A DNA stretch of 64,000 nt from Eledone cirrhosa (lineage: Eukaryota): the NCBI GenBank assembly GCA_964016885.1, contig OZ024743.1, forward strand, positions 140,802,001 through 140,866,000, read 5' to 3'. The number at the start of each line of letters is the position of its first letter. Position 1 is the first letter of the stretch. Below the pieces are notes generated by a model, which was not told the DNA's origin, did no database searches, and was given only the letters and a program-made list of their open reading frames with translations. The position numbers were made by a program, and so were the translations under genes. Shown one piece after another: positions 1 through 13,700 of the stretch.

Positions 1-98
1 TTGGTGCTTGGTCTTTGGTGCTTGGGTTTTGGTGTTTGGTGCTTGGCGCTTGGTGTTTGGTGCTTGGTGCTTGGTGCTTGGTGTTTGGTGCTTGGTGC

Positions 99-3000
99 TT
101 GGTGATTAGTGTTTGGTGATTGGTGCTTGGGGTTTGGTGTTTGGGGCTTGGTGTTTGGTGCTTGGTGCTTGCTGTTTGGTGTTTGGTGTTTGGTTCTTGG
201 TGCTTGGTGTTTGGTATTTGGTGTTTGGTGCTTGGTGCTTGGTGCTTGGTGTTTGGTGCTTGGTGCTTGGTGCTTGGTGTTTGGTGCTGCGTGCTTGGTG
301 TTTGGTGTTTGGTGCTTGGTGCCTGGGGCTTGTTGTTTGGTGTTTGGTGCTTAGTGCTTGGTGTTTGGTGTTTGGTGCTTGGTGCTTAGTGGCTGGTGCT
401 TGGTGCTTGGTGTTTGGAGTTTGGTGCTTGGTGCTTGGTGTCTGGTGTTTCGTGCTTGGTGCTTGGTGCTTGGTGTTTGGTGTTTGGTGCTTGGTGTTTG
501 GTGCTTGGTGTTTGGTGCTTGGTTCTTGGTGCTTGGTGTTAGGTGTTTGGTGCTTGGTGCTTGGTGTTTGATGTTTGGTCCTTGGTGCTTGTTGTTTGGT
601 GTTTGGTGCTTGGTGCTTGGTGTTTGGTGTTTGGTGCTTGCTGCTTGCTGCTTGGTGTTTGGTGCTTGGTGATTGGTGCTTGGTGTTTTATGCTTGGTGC
701 TTGGTGTTTGGTGTTTGGTGCTAGGGACTTGGTGCTTGATGCTTGATGTTTGGTGCTTGGTGCTGGCTGTTTGGTGTTTGGTGCTTGGTGCGTGGGACTT
801 AGTGTTTGGTGTTTGGTGCTTGGTGTTTTGTGCTTGGTGTTTGGTGCTTGGTGCTTGGTGTTTGGTGTTTGGTGCTTGGTGCTTGGGGCTTGGTGTTTGG
901 TGCTTAGTGTTTGGTGCTTGGTGTTTGGTGCTTGGTGCTTGGTGCTTGGTGTTTGGTGTATGGTGTTTGGTGCTTGTTGTTTGGTGCTTGGTGCTTGGTG
1001 ATTAGTGTTTGGTGCTTGGTGCTTGCGGTTTGGTGTTTGGTGCTTGGGGTTTGGTGTTTGGTGCTTGGTGCTTGGTGCTTGGTCTTTGGTGCTTGGTGTT
1101 TGGTGTTTGGTGCTTGGTGCTTGGTGTTTGGCGCTTGGTGCTTGGTGCTTGGTGTTTGGTGCTTGGTGCTTGGTGCTTGGTGATTAGTGTTTGGTGCTTG
1201 GTGCTTGGTGCCTGGTGCTTGGTGCTTGGTGCTTGTTGTTTGGTGCTTGGTGCTTGGTGATTAGTGTTTGGTGCTTGGTTCTTGGGGTTTGGTGTTTGGT
1301 GCTTGGGGTTTGGTGTTTGGTGCTTGGTGCATGGTGTTTGGTGCTTGGTGCTTGGTGTTTGGTGCTTGGTGCTTTGTGTTTGGTGCTTGGTGTTTGGTGC
1401 TTGGTGCTTGGTGCTTGGTGCTTGGTGTTAGGTGTTTGGTGCTTGGTGATTGGTGTTTGATGTTAGGTTCTTGGTGCTTGGTGTTTGGTGTTTGGTGCTT
1501 GGTGCTTGGTGTTTGGTGTTTGGTGCTTGCTGCTTGGTGCTTGGTGTTTTGTGTTTGGAGTTTGGTGCTTGGTGTTTGGTGCTTGGTGCTTGGTGTTTGG
1601 TGTTTGGTGCCTGGTGCTTGGTGTTTGGTGCTTGGTGTTTGGTGTTTGGTGATTGGTGCTTGGTGTTTGGTGCTTGGTGCATGGTGCTTGGTGCTTGGTG
1701 TTTGATGTTTGGTCCTTGGTGCTTGGTGTTTGGTATTTGGTGCTTGGTGCTTGGTGTTTGGTGTTTGGTGCTTGCTGCTTGCTGCTTGGTGTTTGGTGCT
1801 AGGGGCTTGGTGTTTGGTGCTTGGTGTTTGGTGCTTGGTGTTTGGTGCTTGGTGCCTGGTGCTTGGTGTTTGGTGTTTGGTGCTTGGTGTTTGGTGCTTG
1901 GTGTTTGGTACTTGGTGTTCGGTGCTTGGTGCTTGGTGCTTGGTGTTTGGTGTTTGGTGCTTGGTGCTTGGTGCTTGGTGTTTGATGTTTGGTCCTTGGT
2001 GCTTGGTGTTTGGTGTTGTGTGCTTGGTGCTTGGTGCTTGGTGTTTGGTGCTTGGTGCTTGGTGCTTGGTGTTTGGCGTTTGCTGTTTGCTGTTTGGTGT
2101 TTGGTGTTTGCTGTTTGGTGTTTGCTGTTTGGTGTTTGGTGTTTGGTGCTTGCTGTTTGGTGCTTGGTGCTTGGTGTTTGGTGTTTGGTGCTTGGTGTTT
2201 GGTGCTTGGTGCTTGGTGCTGGGTGTTTGGTGCTTGGTGCTTGGTGTTTGGTGCTTGGTGCTTGGTGCTTGGTGTTTGGTCCTTGGTGCTTGGTGCTTGG
2301 TGCTTGGTGTTTGGAGCTTGGGTTTTGGTGTTTGGTGCTTGGTGCTTGGTGTTTGGTGCTTGGTGCTTGGTGCTTGGTGCTTGGTGTTTGGTGCTTGCTG
2401 CTTGGTGCTTGGTGTTTGGTGCTTGGTGCTTGGTGATTAGTGTTTGGTGATTGGTGCTTGGGGTTTGGTGTTTGGGGCTTGGTGTTTGGTGCTTGGTGCT
2501 TGCTGTTTGGTGTTTGGTGTTTGGTTCTTGGTGCTTGGTGTTTGGTGTTTGGTGTTTGGTGCTTGGTGCTTGGTGCTTGGTGTTTGGTGCTTGGTGCTTG
2601 GTGCTTGGTGTTTGGTGCTGCGTGCTTGGTGTTTGGTGTTTGGTGCTTGGTGCCTGGGGCTTGTTGTTTGGTGTTTGGTGCTTAGTGCTTGGTGTTTGGT
2701 GTTTGGTGCTTGGTGCTTGGTGGCTGGTGCTTGGTGCTTGGTGTTTGGAGTTTGGTGCTTGGTGCTTGGTGTCTGGTGTTTCGTGCTTGGTGCTTGGTGC
2801 TTGGTGTTTGGTGTTTGGTGCTTGGGGTTTGGTGCTTGGTGTTTGGTGCTTGGTTCTTGGTGCTTGGTGTTAGGTGTTTGGTGCTTGGTGCTTGGTGTTT
2901 GATGTTTGGTCCTTGGTGCTTGTTGTTTGGTGTTTGGTGCTTGGTGCTTGGTGTTTGGTGTTTGGAGCTTGCTGCTTGCTGCTTGGTGTTTGGTGCTTGG

Positions 3001-4790
3001 TGATTGGTGCTTGGTGTTTTATGCTTGGTGCTTGGTGTTTGGTGTTTGGTGCTAGGGACTTGGTGCTTGATGCTTGATGTTTGGTGCTTGGTGCTTGCTG
3101 TTTGGTGTTTGGTGCTTGGTGCGTGGGACTTAGTGTTTGGTGTTTGGTGCTTGGTGTTTTGTGCTTGGTGTTTGGTGCTTGGTGCTTGGTGTTTGGTGTT
3201 TGGTGCTTGGTGCTTGGGGCTTGGTGTTTGGTGCTTAGTGTTTGGTGCTTGGTGTTTGGTGCTTGGTGCTTGGTGCTTGGTGTTTGGTGTATGGTGTTTG
3301 GTGCTTGTTGTTTGGTGCTTGGTGCTTGGTGATTAGTGTTTGGTGCTTGGTGCTTGCGGTTTGGTGTTTGGTGCTTGTGGTTTGGTGTTTGGTGCTTGGT
3401 GCTTGGTGCTTGGTCTTTGGTGCTTGGGGTTTGGTGTTTGGTGCTTGGTGCTTGGTGTTTGGCGCTTGGTGCTTGGTGCTTGGTGTTTGGTGCTTGGTGC
3501 TTGGTGCTTGGTGATTAGTGTTTGGTGCTTGGTGCTTGGTGCCTGGTGCTTGGTGCTTGGTGCTTGTTGTTTGGTGCTTGGTGCTTGGTGATTAGTGTTT
3601 GGTGCTTGGTGCTTGGGGTTTGGTGTTTGGTGCTTGGGGTTTGGTGTTTGGTGCTTGGTGCATGGTGTTTGGTGCTTGGTGCTTGGTGTTTGGTGCTTGG
3701 TGCTTTGTGTTTGGTGCTTGGTGTTTGGTGCTTGGTGCTTGGTGCTTGGTGCTTGGTGTTAGGTGTTTGGTGCTTGGTGATTGGTGTTTGATGTTAGGTT
3801 CTTGGTGCTTGGTGTTTGGTGTTTGGTGCTTGGTGCTTGGTGTTTGGTGTTTGGTGCTTGCTGCTTGGTGCTTGGTGTTTTGTCTTTGGAGTTTGGTGCT
3901 TGGTGTTTGGTGCTTGGTGCTTGGTGTTTGGTGTTTGGTGCCTGGTGCTTGGTGTTTGGTGCTTGGTGTTTGGTGTTTGGTGATTGGTGCTTGGTGTTTG
4001 GTGCTTGGTGCATGGTGCTTGGTGCTTGGTGTTAGGCGTTTGGTGCTTGGTGCTTGGTGTTTGATGTTTGGTCCTTGGTGCTTGGTGTTTGGTATTTGGT
4101 GCTTGGTGCTTGGTGTTTGGTGTTTGGTGCTTGCTGCTTGCTGCTTGGTGTTTGGTGCTAGGGGCTTGGTGTTTGGTGCTTGGTGTTTGGTGCTTGGTGT
4201 TTGGTGCTTGGTGCCTGGTGCTTGGTGTTTGGTGTTTGGTGCTTGGTGTTTGGTGCTTGGTGTTTGGTACTTGGTGTTCGGTGCTTGGTGCTTGGTGCTT
4301 GGTGTTTGGTGTTTGGTGCTTGGTGCTTGGTGCTTGGTGTTTGATGTTTGGTCCTTGGTGCTTGGTGTTTGGTGTTGTGTGCTTGGTGCTTGGTGCTTGG
4401 TGTTTGGTGCTTGGTGCTTGGTGCTTGGTGTTTGGCGTTTGCTGTTTGCTGTTTGGTGTTTGGTGTTTGCTGTTTGGTGTTTGCTGTTTGGTGTTTGGTG
4501 TTTGGTGCTTGCTGTTTGGTGCTTGGTGCTTGGTGTTTGGTGTTTGGTGCTTGGTGTTTGGTGCTTGGTGCTGGGTGCTGGGTGTTTGGTGCTTGGTGCT
4601 TGGTGTTTGGTGTTTGGTGCTTGGTGCTTGGTGCTTGGTGTTTGGTCCTTGGTGCTTGGTGCTTGGTGTTTGGTGCTTGGGTTTTGGTGTTTGGTGCTTG
4701 GTGCTTGGTGTTTGGTGCTTGGTGCTTGGTGCTTGGTGCTTGGTGTTTGGTGCTTGCTGCTTGGTGCTTGGTGTTTGGTGCTTGGTGCTT
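99..4790 (+). repeat. Higher-order repeat, 2 tandem copies, period 2331 bp (333 units); second copy has 4 extra units (2359 bp)
   Basis: Rare units recur at +2331: CTGGGGC 323/2654, TTTATGC 687/3018, TAGGGAC 722/3053. ORF pairs 109/2440, 673/3004, 1191/3522 agree. After the extra 28 bp at 4033-4060 (TAGGCGT...) the offset is 2359 (ORFs 1709/4068). Ends approximate. Confidence 0.93.
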
Positions 4791-7700
4791 GGTGATTAGT
4801 GTTTGGTGATTGGTGCTTGGGGTTTGGTGTTTGGGGCTTGGTGTTTGGTGCTTGGTGCTTGCTGTTTGGTGTTTGGTGTTTGGTTCTTGGTGCTTGGTGT
4901 TTGGTGTTTGGTGTTTGGTGCTTGGTGCTTGGTGCTTGGTGTTTGGTGCTTGGTGCTTGGTGCTTGGTGTTTGGTGCTGCGGGCTTGGTGTTTGGTGTTT
5001 GGTGCTTGGTGCCTGGTGCTTGTTGTTTGGTGTTTGGTGCTTAGTGCTTGGTGTTTGGTGTTTGGTGCTTGGTGCTTGGTGGCTGGTGTTTGGTGCTTGG
5101 TGTTTGGAGTTCGGTGCTTGGTGCTTGGTGCCTGGTGTTTCGTGCTTGGTGCTTGGTGCTTGGTGTTTGGTGTTTGGTGCTTGGTGTTTGGTGTTTGGTA
5201 CTTGGTGCTTGGTGCTTGGTGCTTGGTGTTTGGTGCTTGGTGTTTGATGCTGCGTGCTTGGTGTTTGGTGTTTGGTGCTGGGTGCTTGGTGTTTGGTGTT
5301 TGGAGCTTGGTGCCTGGTGCTTGTTGTTTGGTGTTTGGCGCTTGGTGCTTGGTGTTTGGTGTTTGGTGCATGGTGCTTGGTGCTTGGTATCTGGTGTTTG
5401 GTGCTTGATGTTTGGTGTTTGGTGCTTGGTGTTTGGTGTTTGGTGCTTGGTGCTTGGTGTTTGGTGCTTGGTGTTTGGTGTTTGGTGTTTGATGCTTGGT
5501 GTTTGCTGCTTGGTGCTTGGTGCTTGGTGTTTTGTGTTTGGTGTTTGATGCTGCGTGCTTGGTGTTTGGTGTTTGGTGCGTGGTGCTTGGTGTTTGGTGT
5601 TTGGAGCTTGGTGCCTGGTGCTTGATGTTTGGCGTTTGGTGCTTGGTGTTTGGTGTTTGGTGCTTGGTGCTTGGTGTTTGGTGCTTGGTGTTTGGTGTTT
5701 GGTGATTGATGCTTGGTGTTTGCTGCTTGCTGCTTGCTGCTTGGTGTTTGGTGCTAGGGGCTTGGTGCTTGGTGCTTGGTGTTTGGTGCTTGGTGCTTGG
5801 TGCCTGGTGCTTGGTGCTTGGTGCTTGTTGTTTGGTGCTTGGTGCTTGGTGATTAGTGTTTGGTGCTTGGTGCTTGCGGTTTGGTGTTTGGTGCTTGGGG
5901 TTTGGTGTTTGGTGCTTGGTGCTTGGTGTTTGGTGCTTGGTGCTTGGTGTCTGGTGTTTCGTGCTTGGTGCTTGGTGCTTGGTGTTTGGTGTTTGGTGCT
6001 TGGTGTTTGGTGCTTGGTGTTTGGTGCTTGGTTCTTGGTGCTTGGTGTTAGGTGTTTGGTGCTTGGTGCTTGGTGTTTGATGTTTGGTCCTTGGTGCTTG
6101 TTGTTTGGTGTTTGGTGCTTGGTGCTTGGTGTTTGGTGTTTGGTGCTTGCTGCTTGCTGCTTGGTGTTTGGTGCTTGGTGATTGGTGCTTGGTGTTTGGT
6201 GCTTGGTGCTTGGTGCTTGGTGATTAGTGTTTGGTGCTTGGTGCTTGGTGCCTGGTGCTTGGTGCTTGGTGCTTGTTGTTTGGTGCTTGGTGCTTGGTGA
6301 TTAGTGTTTGGTGCTTGGTGCTTGGGGTTTGGTGTTTGGTGCTTGGGGTTTGGTGTTTGGTGCTTGGTGCATGGTGTTTGGTGCTTGGTGCTTGGTGTTT
6401 GGTGCTTGGTGCTTTGTGTTTGGTGCTTGGTGTTTGGTGCTTGGTGCTTGGTGCTTGGTGCTTGGTGTTAGGTGTTTGGTGCTTGGTGATTGGTGTTTGA
6501 TGTTAGGTTCTTGGTGCTTGGTGTTTGGTGTTTGGTGCTTGGTGCTTGGTGTTTGGTGCTTGCTGCTTGGTGCTTGGTGTTTTGTGTTTGGAGTTTGGTG
6601 CTTGGTGTTTGGTGCTTGGTGCTTGGTGTTTGGTGTTTGGTGCCTGGTGCTTGGTGTTTGGTGCTTGGTGTTTGGTGTTTGGTGATTGGTGCTTGGTGTT
6701 TGGTGCTTGGTGCATGGTGCTTGGTGCTTGGTGTTAGGCGTTTGGTGCTTGGTGCTTGGTGTTTGATGTTTGGTCCTTGGTGCTTGGTGTTTGGTATTTG
6801 GTGCTTGGTGCTTGGTGTTTGGTGTTTGGTGCTTGCTGCTTGCTGCTTGGTGTTTGGTGCTAGGGGCTTGGTGTTTGGTGCTTGGTGTTTGGTGCTTGGT
6901 GTTTGGTGCTTGGTGCCTGGTGCTTGGTGTTTGGTGTTTGGTGCTTGGTGTTTGGTGCTTGGTGTTTGGTACTTGGTGTTCGGTGCTTGGTGCTTGGTGC
7001 TTGGTGTTTGGTGTTTGGTGCTTGGTGCTTGGTGCTTGGTGTTTGATGTTTGGTCCTTGGTGCTTGGTGTTTGGTGTTGTGTGCTTGGTGCTTGGTGCTT
7101 GGTGTTTGGTGCTTGGTGCTTGGTGCTTGGTGTTTGGCGTTTGCTGTTTGCTGTTTGGTGTTTGGTGTTTGCTGTTTGGTGTTTGCTGTTTGGTGTTTGG
7201 TGTTTGGTGCTTGCTGTTTGGTGCTTGGTGCTTGGTGTTTGGTGTTTGGTGCTTGGTGTTTGGTGCTTGGTGCTGGGTGCTGGGTGTTTGGTGCTTGGTG
7301 CTTGGTGTTTGGTGTTTGGTGCTTGGTGCTTGGTGCTTGGTGTTTGGTCCTTGGTGCTTGGTGCTTGGTGTTTGGTGCTTGGGTTTTGGTGTTTGGTGCT
7401 TGGTGCTTGGTGTTTGGTGCTTGGTGCTTGGTGCTTGGTGCTTGGTGCTTGGTGTTTGGTGCTTGCTGCTTGGTGCTTGGTGTTTGGTGCTTGGTGCTTG
7501 GTGATTAGTGTTTGGTGATTGGTGCTTGGGGTTTGGTGTTTGGGGCTTGGTGTTTGGTGCTTGGTGCTTGCTGTTTGGTGTTTGGTGTTTGGTTCTTGGT
7601 GCTTGGTGTTTGGTGTTTGGTGTTTGGTGCTTGGTGCTTGGTGCTTGGTGTTTGGTGCTTGGTGCTTGGTGCTTGGTGTTTGGTGCTGCGGGCTTGGTGT

Positions 7701-10700
7701 TTGGTGTTTGGTGCTTGGTGCCTGGTGCTTGTTGTTTGGTGTTTGGTGCTTAGTGCTTGGTGTTTGGTGTTTGGTGCTTGGTGCTTGGTGGCTGGTGTTT
7801 GGTGCTTGGTGTTTGGAGTTCGGTGCTTGGTGCTTGGTGCCTGGTGTTTCGTGCTTGGTGCTTGGTGCTTGGTGTTTGGTGTTTGGTGCTTGGTGTTTGG
7901 TGTTTGGTACTTGGTGCTTGGTGCTTGGTGCTTGGTGTTTGGTGCTTGGTGTTTGATGCTGCGTGCTTGGTGTTTGGTGTTTGGTGCTTGGTGCTTGGTG
8001 TTTGGTGTTTGGAGCTTGGTGCCTGGTGCTTGTTGTTTGGTGTTTGGCGCTTGGTGCTTGGTGTTTGGTGTTTGGTGCATGGTGCTTGGTGCTTGCGGTT
8101 TGGTGTTTGGTGCTTGGGGTTTGGTGTTTGGTGCTTGGTGCTTGGTGCTTGGTCTTTGGTGCTTGGTGTTTGGTGTTTGGTGCTTGGTGCTTGGTGTTTG
8201 GCGCTTGGTGCTTGGTGCTTGGTGTTTGGTGCTTGGTGCTTGGTGCTTGGTGATTAGTGTTTGGTGCTTGGTGCTTGGTGCCTGGTGCTTGGTGCTTGGT
8301 GCTTGTTGTTTGGTGCTTGGTGCTTGGTGATTAGTGTTTGGTGCTTGGTGCTTGGGGTTTGGTGTTTGGTGCTTGGGGTTTGGTGTTTGGTGCTTGGTGC
8401 ATGGTGTTTGGTGCTTGGTGCTTGGTGTTTGGTGCTTGGTGCTTTGTGTTTGGTGCTTGGTGTTTGGTGCTTGGTGCTTGGTGCTTGGTGCTTGGTGTTA
8501 GGTGTTTGGTGCTTGGTGATTGGTGTTTGATGTTAGGTTCTTGGTGCTTGGTGTTTGGTGTTTGGTGCTTGGTGCTTGGTGTTTGGTGTTTGGTGCTTGC
8601 TGCTTGGTGCTTGCTGTTTTGTGTTTGGAGTTTGGTGCTTGGTGTTTGGTGCTTGGTGCTTGGTGTTTGGTGTTTGGTGCCTGGTGCTTGGTGTTTGGTG
8701 CTTGGTGTTTGGTGTTTGGTGATTGGTGCTTGGTGTTTGGTGCTTGGTGCATGGTGCTTGGTGCTTGGTGTTAGGCGTTTGGTGCTTGGTGCTTGGTGTT
8801 TGATGTTTGGTCCTTGGTGCTTGGTGTTTGGTATTTGGTGCTTGGTGCTTGGTGTTTGGTGTTTGGTGCTTGCTGCTTGCTGCTTGGTGTTTGGTGCTAG
8901 GGGCTTGGTGCTTGGTGTTTGATGTTTGGTCCTTGGTGCTTGGTGTTTGGTATTTGGTGCTTGGTGCTTGGTGTTTGGTGTTTGGTGCTAGGGGCTTGGT
9001 GTTTGGTGCTTGGTGTTTGGTGCTTGGTGTTTGGTGCTTGGTGCCTGGTGCTTGGTGTTTGGTGTTTGGTGCTTGGTGTTTGGTGCTTGGTGTTTGGTAC
9101 TTGGTGTTCGGTGCTTGGTGCTTGGTGCTTGGTGTTTGGTGTTTGGTGCTTGGTGCTTGGTGCTTGGTGTTTGATGTTTGGTCCTTGGTGCTTGGTGTTT
9201 GGTGTTGTGTGCTTGGTGCTTGGTGCTTGGTGTTTGGTGCTTGGTGCTTGGTGCTTGGTGTTTGGCGTTTGCTCTTTGCTGTTTGGTGTTTGGTGTTTGC
9301 TGTTTGGTGTTTGCTGTTTGGTGTTTGGTGTTTGGTGCTTGCTGTTTGGTGCTTGGTGCTTGGTGTTTGGTGTTTGGTGCTTGGTGTTTGGTGCTTGGTG
9401 CTTGGTGCTGGGTGTTTGGTGCTTGGTGCTTGGTGTTTGGTGTTTGGTGCTTGGTGCTTGGTACTTGGTGTTTGGTCCTTGGTGCTTGGTGCTTGGTGTT
9501 TGGTGCTTGGGTTTTGGTGTTTGTTGCTTGGTGCTTGGTGTTTGGTGCTTGGTGCTTGGTGCTTGGTGCTTGGTGTTTGGTGCTTGCTGCTTGGTGCTTG
9601 GTGTTTGGTGCTTGGTGCTTGGTGGTTAGTGTTTGGTGATTGGTGCTTGGGGTTTGGTGTTTGGGGCTTGGTGTTTGGTGCTTGGTGCTTGCTGTTTGGT
9701 GTTTGGTGTTTGGTTCTTGGTGCTTGGTGTTTGGTGTTTGGTGTTTGGTGCTTGGTGCTTGGTGCTTGGTGTTTGGTGCTTGGTGCTTGGTGCTTGGTGT
9801 TTGGTGCTGCGGGCTTGGTGTTTGGTGTTTGGTGCTTGGTGCCTGGTGCTTGTTGTTTGGTGTTTGGTGCTTAGTGCTTGGTGTTTGGTGTTTGGTGCTT
9901 GGTGCTTGGTGGCTGGTGTTTGGTGCTTGGTGTTTGGAGTTCGGTGCTTGGTGCTTGGTGCCTGGTGTTTCGTGCTTGGTGCTTGGTGCTTGGTGTTTGG
10001 TGTTTGGTGCTTGGTGTTTGGTGTTTGGTACTTGGTGCTTGGTGCTTGGTGCTTGGTGTTTGGTGCTTGGTGTTTGATGCTGCGTGCTTGGTGTTTGGTG
10101 TTTGGTGCTTGGTGCTTGGTGTTTGGTGTTTGGAGCTTGGTGCCTGGTGCTTGTTGTTTGGTGTTTGGCGCTTGGTGCTTGGTGTTTGGTGCTTGGTGCA
10201 TGGTGCTTGGTGCTTGGTATCTGGTGTTTGGTGCTTGATGTTTGGTGTTTGGTGCTTGGTGTTTGGTGTTTGGTGCTTGGTGCTTGGTGTTTGGTGCTTG
10301 GTGTTTGGTGTTTGGTGTTTGATGCTTGGTGTTTGCTGCTTGGTGCTTGGTGCTTGGTGTTTTGTGTTTGGTGTTTGATGCTGCGTGCTTGGTGTTTGGT
10401 GTTTGGTGCGTGGTGCTTGGTGTTTGGTGTTTGGAGCTTGGTGCCTGGTGCTTGATGTTTGGCGTTTGGTGCTTGGTGTTTGGTGTTTGGTGCTTGGTGC
10501 TTGGTGTTTGGTGCTTGGTGTTTGGTGTTTGGTGATTGATGCTTGGTGTTTGCTGCTTGCTGCTTGCTGCTTGGTGTTTGGTGCTAGGGGCTTGGTGCTT
10601 GGTGCTTGGTGTTTGGTGCTTGGTGCTTGGTGCCTGGTGCTTGGTGCTTGGTACTTGTTGTTTGGTGCTTGGTGCTTGGTGATTAGTGTTTGGTGCTTGG
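3500..10700 (+). repeat. Rearranged higher-order copies with offsets 2709 (387 units), 2030 (290 units) and 4830 (690 units)
   Basis: Identical or near-identical spurious ORFs mark matching segments: 3522/6231/8261, 4799/7508, 4803/9633, 5048/9878, 5496/10326. All offsets are multiples of 7. Ends approximate. Confidence 0.85.
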
Positions 10701-13700
10701 TGCTTGCGGTTTGGTGTTTGGTGCTTGGTGTTTGGTGTTTGGTGCTTGGTGCTTGGTGTTTGGTGCTTGGTGCTTGGTGCTTGGTGTTTGGTGCTTGGTG
10801 TTTGGTGCTTGGTGCTTGGTGTTTGGTGTTTGGCGTTTGCTGTTTGCTGTTTGGTGTTTGGTGTTTGCTGTTTGGTGTTTGCTGTTTGGTTTTTGGTGTT
10901 TGGTGCTTGCTGTTTGGTGCTTGGTGCTTGGTGTTTGGTGTTCGGTGCTTGGTGCTTGGTGCTTGGTGTTTGGTGCTTGGTGCTTGGTGCTGGGTGTTTG
11001 GTGCTTGGTGCTTGGTGTTTGGTGCTTGGTGCTTGGTGCTTGGTGTTTGGTCCTTGGTGCATGGTGCTTGGTCTTTGGTGCTTGGGTTGTGGTGTTTGGT
11101 GCTTGGTGCTTGGTGTTTGGTGCTTGGTTCTTGGTGCTTGGTGCTTGGTGTTTGGTGATTGCTGCTTGGTGCTTGGTGTTTGGTGCTTGGTGCTTGGTGA
11201 TTAGTGTTTGGTGATTGGTGCTTGGGGTTTGCTGTTTGGTGCTTGGTGTTTGGTGCTTGGTGCTTGCTGTTTGGTGTTTGGTGTTTGGTTCTTGGTGCTT
11301 GGTGTTTGGTGTTTGGTGTTTGGTGCTTGGTGCTTGGTGCTTGGTGTTTGGTGCTTGTTGCTTGGTGCTTGGTGTTTGGTGCTGCGTGCTTGGTGTTTGG
11401 TGTTTGGTGCTTGGTGCCTGGTGCTTGTTGTTTGGTGCTTAGTGCTTGGTGTTTGGTGTTTGGTGCTTGGTGCTTGGTGGCTGGTGCTTGGTGCTTGGTG
11501 TTTGGAGTTTGGTGCTTGGTGCTCGGTGCCTGGTGTTTCGTGCTTGGTGCTTGGTGCTTGGTGCTTGGTGTTTGGTGTTTGGTGCTTGGTGTTTGGTGTT
11601 TGGTACTTGGTGCTTGGTGCTTGGTGTTTGGTGCTTGGTGTTTGATGCTGCGTGCTTGGTGTTTGGTGTTTGGTGCTTGGTGCTTGGTGTTTGGTTTTTG
11701 GAGCTTGGTGCCTGCTGCTTGTTGTTTGGTGTTTGGTGCTTGGTGCTTGGTGCTTGGTATCTGGTGTTTGGTGCTTGATGTTTGGTGTTTGGTGCTTGGT
11801 GCTTGGTGCTTGGTGTTTGGTGTTTGGTGCTTGGTGCTTGGTGTTTGGTGCTTGGTGTTTGGTGTTTGGTGTTTGATGCTTGGTGTTTGCTGCTTGGTGC
11901 TTGGTGCTTGGTGTTTTGTGTTTGGTGCTTGGTGTTTGTTGTTTGGTGCTTGGTGCTTGGTGATTAGTGTTTGGTGCTTGGTGCTTGCGGTTTGATGACT
12001 GGTGCTTGGGGTTTGGTGTTTGGTGCTTGGTGCTTGGTGTTTGGTGCTTGGTGCTTGGTGCTTGGTGTTTGGTGCTTGGTGCTTGGTGTCTGGTGCTTGG
12101 TGCTTGGTGTTTGGTGCTTGGTGTTTGGTGTTTGGTGCTTGGTGCTTGGTGCTTGGTGTTAGGTGTTTGGTGCTTGGTGCTTGGTGTTTGATGTTTGGTC
12201 CTTGGTGCTTGGTGTTTGGTGTTTGTTGCTTGGTGCTTGGTGTTTGGTGTTTGGTGCTTGCTGCTTGCTGCTTGGTGTTTGGTGCTTGGTGATTGGTGCT
12301 TGGTGTTTTGTGCTTGGTGCTTGGTGTTTGGTGTTTGGTGCTAGGGGCTTGGTGCTTGGTGCTTGGTGTTTGGTGCTTGGTGCTTGCTGTTTGGTGCTTG
12401 GTGTTTGGTGATTGGTGTTTGGGGCTTGGTATTCGGTGCTTGGTGCTTGGTGCTTCGGGCTTGGTGTTTGGTGTTTGGTGCTTGGTGCTTGGTGTTTGAT
12501 GTTGGGTCCTTGGTGCTTGGTGTTTGGTGTTTGGTGTTTGGTGTTTGGTGTTTGGTGCTTGGTGCTTGGTGTTTGGTGTTTGGTGCTTGGTGCTTGGGGC
12601 TTGGTGTTTGGTGCTTGGTGCTTGGTGTTTGGTGCTTCTGCTTGGGGCTTGGTAGTTGGTGCTTGGTGCTTGGTGCCTGGTGTTTGGTGTTTCGTGTTTG
12701 GTGCTTGGTGTATGGTGCTTGGTGCTTGGTGCTGGGTGGTTGATGTTTGGTGCTTGGTGCTTGGTGTTTGGTGCTTGGTGCTTGGTGCTTGTTGTTTGGT
12801 GCTTGGTGCTTGGTGCTTGGTCTTTGGTGCATGGTGTTTGGTGTTTGGCGCTTGGTGCTTGGTGCTTCGTGATTGGTGCTTGGTGCTTGGTGTTTGGTGC
12901 TTGGTGCTTGGTGATTAGTGTTTGTTGCTTGGTGCTTGGGGTTTGGTGGTTGGTGCTTGGTGCTTGGTGTTTGGTGTTTGGTGTTTGGTGTTTGGTGTTT
13001 GCTGTATGGTGTTTGGTGTTTCGTATTTGGTTTTTGCTGTTTGGTGTTTGGTGTTTGCTGTTTGGTGTTTGTTGTTTGGTGTTTGGTGCTTGGTGCTTGG
13101 TGCTTGGTGTTTGGCGTTTGGTGCTTGGTGCTTGGTGTTTGGTGCTTCGTGCTTGGTGTTTGGTGTTTGGTGCTTGGTGCCTGGTGCTTGTTGTATGGTG
13201 TTTGGTGCTTGGTGCTTGGTGTTTGGTGTTTGCTGCTTGGTGTCTGGTGTTTGGTGCTTGGTGTTTGGTGTTTGGTGCTTGGTACTTGGTGCTTGGTGTT
13301 TGGTGTTTGGTGCTTGGTGCTTGGTGTTTGGTGTTTGGTGCTGGGTGCATGGAGTTTGGTGCTTGGTGCTTAGTGCTTGGTGTTTGGTGTTTGGTGCTTG
13401 GTATTTGGTGTTTGGTGTTTGATGCTTGCTGTGTGGTGCTTGGTGCTTGGTGTTTTGTGTTTGGTGCTTGGTGCTTGGTGACTGGTGCTTGGTGCTTGGT
13501 GCTTGTTGTTTGGTGCTTGGTGCTTAGTGATTAGTGTTTGGTGCTTGGTGCTTGGTGTTTGGTGCTTGGTGTTTGGTGCTTGGTGCCTGGTGCTTGGTGT
13601 TTGGTGTTTGATGCTTGGTGTTTGGTGTTTGGTGTTTGGTACTTGGTGTTCGGTGCTTGGTGCTTGGTGCTTGGTGCTTGGTGTTTGGTGTTTGGTGCTT